A stretch of DNA of 64,000 bases from an uncultured Candidatus Saccharibacteria bacterium (GTDB lineage Bacteria; Patescibacteriota; Saccharimonadia; Saccharimonadales; UBA4665): contig CAVUPG010000004.1 in NCBI GenBank assembly GCA_963743435.1, forward strand, positions 176,238-240,237. Direction: 5' to 3'. The stretch's first letter is position 1; each line of letters opens with the position of its first letter. The notes under the pieces were generated by a model, which had not been told where the DNA came from, searched no databases, and saw nothing but the letters and a program-made list of their open reading frames with translations. The position numbers and the translations under genes were made by a program. Below, in pieces: positions 48,963 to 57,315 of the stretch.

Positions 48963-49134
48963 ATTACTTTGCTCGCTTTTTTACTGTTTGTTGATTTTTG
49001 GTTTGTGCTTTTGTTTTGTCTACCTGTCGTCGGGTCTCGCCCCGACGGTCGGTAGTCACCAGTCGGTCCCGCCCGAGTGGTGAGAGAGGATTTAGGAGGT
49101 GGTATTGTTGAATACATTATTTTCATATCTTTTC

Positions 49135-52100
49135 CTACTTGTTGCTGTACTGGAACGTTAAGTTTTCTGCATATACCGAAGCGTTACTTTGCGCGGTCAC
49201 ATCAATCTTGAAGACGATGCTATCTCCAGCGACAAACGAGGTACAGCTGCTCGGATCGGTGGTCGGCGCAGCGGTGGTCCAGGTATTGGTCGAACCCGAG
49301 CCAGAGCCCACGACTGTCTTACTCGCACTACAGCTCGTGAGACCACCGCCAGATGCTTTGCGGTAGATTGAGTACGCTATGCCGGCATTGGATGTACTGT
49401 CGACCAGCCCTGTCATATTGGTCGACCCACTGACGAAGCCCTTAAAGGTTGACGGCAAGCGGTAGGTGACGTAGATGCTGTAGGTCTGTGCTGTAGGTTG
49501 TGGTGAAGTCCACTTGTAGTAGTTGCGTGCCTCGCCGCTAGCACAGAAGCCTGTGTTGACCGAGAGACCACCACCGTTGCCACAGAAGTCGGCTGTCAGC
49601 GTACCCACGCCCGTGCCGTTCAGTACGGCGCCAGTATACTCAGGAGTAAGCGTGATGATGTCATCTGGCGCACTACCACAAGCACCCCAGCCATTTGACT
49701 GGTAGCACTGGATAGTACCCTTCGTGGTGTCGTAGTACATTGAGCCGAGGAATGAGTCATTACCAGCATCCATCGGTGGACCAGCAAACTGGTCGAGAGT
49801 GAAGATGGTTGGCTGGCCACCGAATGAACCGCCACCAATCTGGACATTTGCAGGAGTAGTACTGCCAGCGTTTGAGATGACACTCAGGTTGTCGATGTAG
49901 AAAGTGCCCGATCCAAGGTCCGTTTCATAGATACGGATGGCATTCCCAGAGGTGATACCACTACTCGGAACGGTGATGAAGCATGATACCTTCGTCCAAC
50001 TACTCTTGATGGAGAAGTCAGTGGTACTGGTGTAGCCAGTGCCTGGCAAGCTGGACTCACATGCTGCGCTGTTTGCTGAGCCATCGATGCTGTAGTAGAT
50101 ATTGAGTGTGTTCGGGCCACCACTTGCAACCTTGGCTGCGAAGTTAACGACGTAGATTTCGTCAGCCGTCAGCGACGTTGTCAGGGCGCCCTTTACCCCT
50201 TGGTTGTTGCCTGTGGTGACTACACTCACCGATGCACGTCCTGTTGCGACATTGCTCGATGTTGTGTTCTGAGTGACTGTTGAGCCGATCGCAGTCCAGC
50301 CAGTGAAGGTTGTTTCCTCTGCGCCACCATTGTCAGCGTAGTCTGTCGTGTTGTTGTTGACTGAGAAGAGGTTGGTGGCAATTGAGCTCTGAACCTCAAA
50401 GAGGGAGCCTGTAATCGGCACGCCATTGTTACGGATAGTGAAGCCGTCTGCATTACCGCCAGGAGCGTTCAGTACGAGCTCTGCACCACCGGCACTCGTC
50501 AGCGTGTTGTTGTAGGCAGACTGAAGGTCAGTCGAGCTTGATGCACCAGCAGCGGTCCAGCCTGTGCCGTTCCAGATGAGCGTGGCGGTGCTGTTTGGCT
50601 TAAGCGCGATGTTGATGCTCGTACCAGAAAGCAAGATGTTGAAATCCTCGCCTCCGACATTTGCCAGGTAGAGCACACGACCGACGACTTGGTTAGCCGC
50701 TGCAGGCGCAGGCACTGTGACCGTTACCCCTGTCGTTGTAGCTGCGACTGGCACAGAGCTGTACTGGTCAACGAGGCCAGCGGTCAGGCTACCAGAACTG
50801 CCGAAGCTTTGGGTGCTGCTCGAGAGGAAGGCACTGGTCGAGAAGGTCACGAGGCCCTGGACGCCACTACCCGTCCCTGCGCCACCACTGATGAGTACAG
50901 CCCCGCCGTCTGCATTCGTCCCGCCACCGGTGCCACCCTTGATGGTGACTGCGCCACCGGTACCGGTGCCGTTGCCGGTGCTGCCCTGAATTGTCAGGCT
51001 TGTACCTGCAGTGTTAGCTGCCGTCTGTGTCGCGCCCTGTATGGTCGTATTGCCGGTTGCAGAGCCAACGGTGATAGTGTCTGAGCCAAGTACGGTTGCA
51101 TTGGCGCTATTACCGATGGTAACTGTGCCAGTTGATGTGCCGGTTGCAATGTTTACGGCGTAGTTGCTGTTTGCGTTGAGGTTCACGGCCCCGCCGCTAG
51201 CAGTAAGAGAACCTGTCGCCACGACGTCACCTTGCAGGCTAAGATCTATGCCTGCGTGGCCGATATTGATAGACTCAGCATTTGTTGTGCCGATATTGAT
51301 AGCTGGTGTACCCTGATTCTTCACGATTGTAATGTCATCGAAGTACGTTATAGAGCTACCGGTACCGGTACCACCGAATGTCAGGTACATGTAATTAGCC
51401 CCTGCCGGCACTATCGTCGTGAGTGTCATCTGCGTCCATTCAGTTGTGGTAGCGGTTACGCTCGGTATAGAGCTGTAAGGCGCAGGACCACTCCATTCGA
51501 TTTCGCCACCGATGTTCTCGCTGACAGTAGCTGTCTTTACCCATGCACTAACCGTAATTTGTTCGCCTGGCGTGACTGCTACCGAGTTATAGTCCTGCTG
51601 AATACCCCAGTAGGTAGCCCCCTCCGCTACCTGGAGTACACACGAGCCACCATGGGCACCTGCGCCCAGGTTATGACCTGTAAGGGTAGTGTCGAACCAG
51701 TCGTTCATATCATCGGTCGAACAACCCTCGAAATCGTCATTGACTGCGGTGGCTGGAGACCCTGCGTCACTTGCACCGTTATCGATAGATATGTTGCCCG
51801 CAACACCACTCGATGAGTCACCTGACTTGAGGTACACCGCGCCGCTATTCCCTGTTGTGTTACCGGTCGTCGCTACAAGAGATCCAGTTCCTGCTTGCAA
51901 TGTAAGGCTGCTGGCACCACTCGTAGAACCGAGTGTTACCGCTTGGTCACCAGTACCTGTGGCGATGTTTACAGAGTGATTAGCGTTGTTTGTCGCAACA
52001 TTCACGGTCGTGGCGTTGGTGGTACCGATAGAGAGCGTACCTGCTGCTGCGGTGTCGAGGAGCGGAGTCAGGATGCTGGTGTCAGCTCGACCGGTGCCGG

Positions 52101-55100
52101 CGATCCAGAAGCTGGCAACACCGTCTGTCTGTTGTGCACTGTTCTGGTTCTGGATGAAGTTGGCGCTGCTAGCCGCACAGTTACCGAGCGTCTCGAGACA
52201 GAAGGTGTCATCAACACCTGCTGTATCAGGGATGGTGATGGTGGCATCCGCACTCGTCTGCCCCTCCGAGACGATACTGACCTTGTACGCAGTCGTGCTG
52301 CTGTAGAGTGCGATGCTACCGTCAGTGGTGCTGGCTACACCAAGCGTGAGGCTCGAACCACCAGTGATGGTACCGGAGATATCGGTGTTTGCGTTCAGCT
52401 TGATAGAGCCCGCGGGTTGGATGACGTAGTTACTTGAGCTATCGACCTGGCCGGCGTAGATGGTGCCAGTACCAGCATCGTTGATAGTGGTCGCCCCCGT
52501 ACCGCTGAATGTGTTACCCGAGAGATAGGTACCACTGATGCCCGTTGCATTAATCTGGATGGCGTAGCCGGTACCGGCGGTATCAGAAACGGTGTTGTCG
52601 GTAATTGACGCGTTACTTGCGTACGCGCTGATAGTAATTGAGCTGGATGCGCCTGAGCCACCATTGTCGTAGAGGACGTTGCCCGTGATGGTGACGCCGT
52701 CAGAGTGGTAGGAAGTGGCGCCGTTTATTCGTATCCCCTCGGTCGTGTTGCTGCTGGCCGTGTTACCGGATACCAGTACGCGGTTGGAGCCGTAGACGTA
52801 GAAGCCAGGGCCAGTGTTTGAGACGGCTTTGTTGCCGCTGACGACCGCATCGTCGCTGTAGGCAATGTCGAAGCCACCGTTACCATTACCAGACGCGGTG
52901 TTGCCTGTCACGCGCATGTCGACATCTGAGTCGAGGTAGAAGCCATAGCTGTAGGCGTTGTTGGCCGCCGTGTTGCCTGAGACGACGTTGCGGGTGCCAC
53001 CGACGTAGAACCCTGCACCCCCCGTGTTGGTTGCGGTGTTATTACTCACAATGTTGTCGGTACCGAAGATTTCCATACCGTCGCCGCCGGCAGTGTTACT
53101 GACTGTGTTACCAGTGATGGTGTTGAAGCTGGAGCTAGAGTAGACATTTATACCACCGCCACCGGTGTTGATGATAGTGTTGTCAGTGAAGGTGTTGTGG
53201 TCACCCGAGGTAATGTCGAGGGCATCGTAGGCAACCCGGGTAATCTGTAGACGAGTCACAGTCGCACCGGCGCGTGAGCCAGACTCACTGCCCATGCCGG
53301 TGAGGTTGATGCCTGCTTGTGATCCAGCGCTGTTGCGGTCATTGCGGCCATCGAGCTTGAGGTCACGGATGGTGACGCCGGTACCAGTAGAAGTGTCGGT
53401 GTTCACGATCATGGTGACGGCTGTGCTGGTAGCTCCGAAGTTACCGAGCTGGATGAGCGTGCTGTTGCCGGAACCAGCCAGGGTGACGTTGTTCGGGATG
53501 GAGATACTACCGTCGATGGTGTAGGTGCCTTCGGCGAGGTAGACGGTACCACCACCGGCTGCTGCTGCAGCGGTTAGGGCGTTGTTTATCTCTATCTGGT
53601 CACCGTCAAGGGTACCGATGCCAGCGCCAGCGCTGTCTTCACCGTTGGCAACGTACTGAGCACCGTCTTTGGCTGCTTGGGAGCTGTTGCTGGCGGCGAC
53701 GATGAAGGTAGCGGCTTTGCTGTCGCTCTGCCATTTAGTGCCGTTATATTGGAGGAGTTGGTGAGTAGTGGTGTCGTAGTACAGCATACCTTCAGTTGGA
53801 GAGCCTGGGCGGGTACCGGTGGCACCGCCGGTGATGGTGATGGACTTGTTGGCGGCGAGGACGGTGTCTTGGTTGAGGTTGATGCTGGTGGCGTTGGTGG
53901 TGCCGATGTTGAGGGCAGTTGCTGAGGCGGTGTCGAGCAATGGCGTCAGGACAGACGTATCAGCTCGAGCCGTACCGCTGATCCAGTAGTCACCTGTCTG
54001 CTGGCTGCTACTTTGGTTCTGGATGAAGTTCGTGGCTGTTGGTGCGACGTAGCTCGCATCACAGTCACTCAGCAAGCCAGAGCCGTTGAGACACACCATA
54101 GTGGTGCCGGTGGTGCTATTTAATGTAATACCTATGTCTCCTGCGACAGTCGTGGTGACGCCTGACTGGCCTATAGTTATATCACTCGCATTTGTTGTGC
54201 CTATAGTTAATGAAGCGGAGCTCGCAGTGTCTAGGTACGGTGTCAAGACGCTGGTAGTACCCTCCAGTGTCGCAGCGATGCCTGTGCCGTTTATATTAAA
54301 GTTGCCAGCCTGCGCTGTGCCTGGTGTTGTTCCCTGGAGTGAGACGTAATTAGCGCCGGCGTCGGTCACGCCAATAACTCGCCAGAGACTGTCGCCGCTA
54401 TCATATATAAGTTGTATGGAACCACCGACGGGAATGTTAAGGTTGGCGCCCGTCCCGGTAGTGATGCGATTGGCTGCGCTACTAGTACCTGCATTGTTTG
54501 CAAGCACTGCTGGTGCACTCCCTGCGTTCAGGAGTGTTATCGTGCGACCATCAGTACCGCCGGCGATACCGTTTATCGTCTGCGTGCTGGCGCCGGTGAG
54601 ACGGAAGAGGACGCCAGCGCCAAAATTGACGTCATCGCTTGCACCAGTAGTGCTAAAGTCTGTTCCCTTGTTGAAGGCGACGCCGCTTGTGTTCTGGAAT
54701 GTTGCGTCTCCGACAAAATCTGAGGAGCCATTGAAGGTGTTCGTCGAAGATGAGTTACCGAAACGGATGTCGGTTGCGTTGGTGTCACCGAACGAGATAT
54801 ACCCAAGAGTGCCAGTTGCCGTACCAACGTCAAACCTAATGTTGCCTGAGTTACCCCCGGTTGCGTCACCGCTCTTGATGAGGAACCCACCCGTGTTACC
54901 ACTGACGGTGCTACCACTACGGATAGTGAACGCTACGCTGTCCCCGGCAACGGTGCGGTCCAGCGTACGGATAGTGCCAGTGGTGGCACTGACGATGTCC
55001 CCGCCAAAGAATGCCTTGCCCGCACTATCGATATAGAACAGCTTAGTCCCAGATGAGTTCTTCACCTGGAGGTAGTCGACGCTCTGTCCGCTTGCCCCCT

Positions 55101-55794
55101 GGAATACTGCGACTGAGCTTGCTGCATTAGCGCTCTGGATGTTGAAGTTGCCAGTTTGAGTACTTGCAGTCTGGTTTTGGATGTAGTTGGCGTTTGCCTG
55201 GGCGTCTGTGAGAAGGTTGTACGTCCCTGCCGCGCCCTGGTCTTGAATCTGGAAGGTTTGGTTACCACTGGTTGGAGCGTTGATGGAGAGCGTTGCGATG
55301 TTGGCACCAGAGCTTGTCGTCAACTCACTCGCTGTCTTCGCATTGAACGCATACGGTACGGCGGTGAGGGAGAGTCGTGGGGACATCTCACCGTCCCATG
55401 AGTTGGAGGTGCCAGTACCACCGATGTCCATGGTGAGGTAGAGCTGTTGGTCCCATGGGATGGTGGATGGGAAGCTGGTGATGGCACCGAGGTCAACGCT
55501 GAGGTAGCCGTTGGCAACTCTGACTCGGTTGTCAGGAGAGCCACCGTTGTAGTCACGGGTTTCAGTCCAGAGGAGGGTGCCACCAGTGGAGGCGTCGTAG
55601 AGCTTGAAGCGGACGTTGTAGTTCCCGTCTGGGGCGATCTGACCTGCTCCCTTCTGGAGGCGGGCTTGGAAGTTCAGGGTGTCGTTGGTGGCAGCATACG
55701 CAGGCGTAGACACGCGCGTAAGGAAAAACAGGGGTAGGATGAGCAAGAAAAGACCCGCAAAAATGCGGGCGGTTGTGAGCGCACGGTGAGGCAT
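49135..55794 (-). CDS. giant fibre protein D (2219 aa, intact): signal peptide, conserved N-terminal domain, fibre, beta-helix domain, two CBM4_9-like jelly-roll modules, conserved C-terminal domain
   Basis: Start chosen at MPHRALTTARIFAGLFLLILPLFFLTRVSTPAYA|ATND (AAGGGG SD). The ORF-track extension to 56028 has no coding support. Beta-helix at about 52450-53560. CBM-like modules at about 51320-51755 and 49880-50360. Confidence 0.85.
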   Translation of the reverse strand: MPHRALTTARIFAGLFLLILPLFFLTRVSTPAYAATNDTLNFQARLQKGAGQIAPDGNYNVRFKLYDASTGGTLLWTETRDYNGGSPDNRVRVANGYLSVDLGAITSFPSTIPWDQQLYLTMDIGGTGTSNSWDGEMSPRLSLTAVPYAFNAKTASELTTSSGANIATLSINAPTSGNQTFQIQDQGAAGTYNLLTDAQANANYIQNQTASTQTGNFNIQSANAASSVAVFQGASGQSVDYLQVKNSSGTKLFYIDSAGKAFFGGDIVSATTGTIRTLDRTVAGDSVAFTIRSGSTVSGNTGGFLIKSGDATGGNSGNIRFDVGTATGTLGYISFGDTNATDIRFGNSSSTNTFNGSSDFVGDATFQNTSGVAFNKGTDFSTTGASDDVNFGAGVLFRLTGASTQTINGIAGGTDGRTITLLNAGSAPAVLANNAGTSSAANRITTGTGANLNIPVGGSIQLIYDSGDSLWRVIGVTDAGANYVSLQGTTPGTAQAGNFNINGTGIAATLEGTTSVLTPYLDTASSASLTIGTTNASDITIGQSGVTTTVAGDIGITLNSTTGTTMVCLNGSGLLSDCDASYVAPTATNFIQNQSSSQQTGDYWISGTARADTSVLTPLLDTASATALNIGTTNATSINLNQDTVLAANKSITITGGATGTRPGSPTEGMLYYDTTTHQLLQYNGTKWQSDSKAATFIVAASNSSQAAKDGAQYVANGEDSAGAGIGTLDGDQIEINNALTAAAAAGGGTVYLAEGTYTIDGSISIPNNVTLAGSGNSTLIQLGNFGATSTAVTMIVNTDTSTGTGVTIRDLKLDGRNDRNSAGSQAGINLTGMGSESGSRAGATVTRLQITRVAYDALDITSGDHNTFTDNTIINTGGGGINVYSSSSFNTITGNTVSNTAGGDGMEIFGTDNIVSNNTATNTGGAGFYVGGTRNVVSGNTAANNAYSYGFYLDSDVDMRVTGNTASGNGNGGFDIAYSDDAVVSGNKAVSNTGPGFYVYGSNRVLVSGNTASSNTTEGIRINGATSYHSDGVTITGNVLYDNGGSGASSSITISAYASNASITDNTVSDTAGTGYAIQINATGISGTYLSGNTFSGTGATTINDAGTGTIYAGQVDSSSNYVIQPAGSIKLNANTDISGTITGGSSLTLGVASTTDGSIALYSSTTAYKVSIVSEGQTSADATITIPDTAGVDDTFCLETLGNCAASSANFIQNQNSAQQTDGVASFWIAGTGRADTSILTPLLDTAAAGTLSIGTTNATTVNVATNNANHSVNIATGTGDQAVTLGSTSGASSLTLQAGTGSLVATTGNTTGNSGAVYLKSGDSSSGVAGNISIDNGASDAGSPATAVNDDFEGCSTDDMNDWFDTTLTGHNLGAGAHGGSCVLQVAEGATYWGIQQDYNSVAVTPGEQITVSAWVKTATVSENIGGEIEWSGPAPYSSIPSVTATTTEWTQMTLTTIVPAGANYMYLTFGGTGTGSSITYFDDITIVKNQGTPAINIGTTNAESINIGHAGIDLSLQGDVVATGSLTASGGAVNLNANSNYAVNIATGTSTGTVTIGNSANATVLGSDTITVGSATGNTTIQGATQTAANTAGTSLTIQGSTGNGTGTGGAVTIKGGTGGGTNADGGAVLISGGAGTGSGVQGLVTFSTSAFLSSSTQSFGSSGSLTAGLVDQYSSVPVAATTTGVTVTVPAPAAANQVVGRVLYLANVGGEDFNILLSGTSINIALKPNSTATLIWNGTGWTAAGASSSTDLQSAYNNTLTSAGGAELVLNAPGGNADGFTIRNNGVPITGSLFEVQSSIATNLFSVNNNTTDYADNGGAEETTFTGWTAIGSTVTQNTTSSNVATGRASVSVVTTGNNQGVKGALTTSLTADEIYVVNFAAKVASGGPNTLNIYYSIDGSANSAACESSLPGTGYTSTTDFSIKSSWTKVSCFITVPSSGITSGNAIRIYETDLGSGTFYIDNLSVISNAGSTTPANVQIGGGSFGGQPTIFTLDQFAGPPMDAGNDSFLGSMYYDTTKGTIQCYQSNGWGACGSAPDDIITLTPEYTGAVLNGTGVGTLTADFCGNGGGLSVNTGFCASGEARNYYKWTSPQPTAQTYSIYVTYRLPSTFKGFVSGSTNMTGLVDSTSNAGIAYSIYRKASGGGLTSCSASKTVVGSGSGSTNTWTTAAPTTDPSSCTSFVAGDSIVFKIDVTAQSNASVYAENLTFQYSNK
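55331..55749 (-). repeat. shared 5' module, copy D (coding part only)
   Basis: See 27071-27685. Confidence 0.75.
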
Positions 55795-56190
55795 GACAAT
55801 ACCCCTTAGTCGAGAGAGACTAGGGGTGCGTTGCAATATGGCAAGCGCCGTACGTTTTGGTTTGAACATTTGGTTTAAGGTGTTTGTCTTGGTTTCGCTT
55901 TTTGACTTGCGAGAGACCAAAAATGTTTGTTTGGATTTGTCACGTTTTCGTTTGAATTTTTGTTTCGGACAATTCCTGCACTCAGTATCGCTAGATACGA
56001 CAAGATATACAACCGAAAATGTATGCAAAAATTTGTACCCAATTTGTGCATAAATACCTCTAGAATACGTTGTGCTGTGTGCAACGTTTCATATACACCC
56101 CTGTTTTCTGCACTCGTTTAGGCTACAAAAAGTGATGTAGTGACACCAAATTTCGTAGCTATATTTGCAACGATATTTATATTGCATGTG

Positions 56191-56201
56191 AGTTATCCAC
56201 A
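56191..56201 (-). promoter_or_regulatory. conserved 11-mer TGTGGATAACT, copy 4, 397 nt upstream of the fibre D start
   Basis: Exact AGTTATCCACA immediately downstream of the rplU terminator. Confidence 0.55.
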
Positions 56202-56210
56202 GGCAATATA

Positions 56211-56237
56211 AAAAGACCCTAGGATTTAGGGTCTTTT
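56211..56237 (-). terminator. intrinsic terminator after rplU
   Basis: aaaagaccct (56211-56220) / agggtctttt (56228-56237) with a 7-nt loop. U-tract on the minus strand. Confidence 0.7.
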
Positions 56238-56254
56238 GTGAGGCAGTTCGCGTA

Positions 56255-56563
56255 CTACGCGATGCTGTCTATCTTGATGACCGTCTGGTGTTGACGGTGA
56301 CCGTGAAGTTTGTGGACTCGCTTTTTCGCTTTGTAGCGAATAGCGGTCACCTTCTCTGAGCGCGCTTCGTTGTCAACGACTGTCGCCTTGACGACTGCGC
56401 CCTTCACGGTAGGAGTGCCGACTTTCGTCGTGTTGCCGTCTACAACGAGCAGTGCGTCAAAGCTGACGGTCTTTTTGTCATCTTTGAGTCGCTCGATGGA
56501 AAGTTCTTGACCTTCGGCTACGACATATTGTTTGCCGCCGGTAGCAATAACTGCTTTTTTCAT
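56255..56563 (-). CDS. rplU: 50S ribosomal protein L21
   Basis: 102-aa ORF reading MKKAVIATGGKQYVVAEGQELSIERL...KVTAIRYKAKKRVHKLHGHRQ. Confidence 0.95.
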   Translation of the reverse strand: MKKAVIATGGKQYVVAEGQELSIERLKDDKKTVSFDALLVVDGNTTKVGTPTVKGAVVKATVVDNEARSEKVTAIRYKAKKRVHKLHGHRQHQTVIKIDSIA

Positions 56564-56634
56564 CTGGGCTTCCTAACCTTACTTTAGTACCGAGACATGA
56601 TACCAATTTCACCCCTGTTTGTAAAGGGGTTGTG

Positions 56635-57315
56635 CTACTGCATGCATCGTTCAACAAATGCACGGTAGATGTGGATACCCGTTTCATCAGACTCTGGGTG
56701 CCATTGAATCCCCCACCAGCCATCGCCTGCGAGCGCTTCGATAATCCCGTCAGGCGCTGTAGCTGCAATTCGTGTGTCTGCAGGTGGTAACGAGACTGAT
56801 TGGTGATGCCGAGATGCAATATCGTACCTACTCCCTGCACGCAACCCCAGGAAATCTTCACTGAATGAAATTGGGTGTATCGTCTTGTTGTGATTAAGAC
56901 TATTTGGCACTTCTGTTTGTATATCTTGGTGTAGTACACCACCGTACTTCACTGCGAGCAGCTGCATGCCGTAGCAAATACCGAGCATTGGTTTACGTTG
57001 TCTTTCACACAACTCGATGAGCTTATATTCCCATCTCGTTCGGTCAATTGGCTCTTTTGGGAACAGTGTTTCTGGCGCATTATTGAAGCTTGGATTAATG
57101 TCTTCGCCTCCAGAAAATATGATGCCCTCGCACTGTTGCATCACGTATTCAAGAGGCATCTCCGCATTGAGTATGAGTGGGATTGCGCCAACTGACTCCA
57201 GTATCTTCGTGTATTCCCTGCGTAGATAGAGCGTCTCCTTGCTTTGTGGTATCTTAGCCGCTTCATCGAAGGCAGGCGTAATACCGATGACTGGACGCCG
57301 CTTGGTCTTACTCAT
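56635..57315 (-). CDS. class I glutamine amidotransferase-like hydrolase (peptidase C26 / gamma-glutamyl-GABA hydrolase family)
   Basis: Nucleophile elbow GICYGMQLL and GIQWHPE. Its start overlaps the ileS stop by 8 nt. Confidence 0.8.
   Translation of the reverse strand: MSKTKRRPVIGITPAFDEAAKIPQSKETLYLRREYTKILESVGAIPLILNAEMPLEYVMQQCEGIIFSGGEDINPSFNNAPETLFPKEPIDRTRWEYKLIELCERQRKPMLGICYGMQLLAVKYGGVLHQDIQTEVPNSLNHNKTIHPISFSEDFLGLRAGSRYDIASRHHQSVSLPPADTRIAATAPDGIIEALAGDGWWGIQWHPESDETGIHIYRAFVERCMQ

Noticed and set aside
49094-49161. A strong SD (AGGAGG, 49094-49099) followed 8 nt later by a TTG-initiated 17-codon hydrophobic plus-strand ORF (MNTLFSYLFLLVAVLER*) overlapping the 3' end of fibre D. 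This could be a type I toxin-like peptide.
   Set aside because: At 17 aa it is too short for a membrane-spanning toxin. It has a non-ATG start and no visible promoter or terminator. On the minus strand the same bases may simply form part of the fibre D 3' UTR structure.
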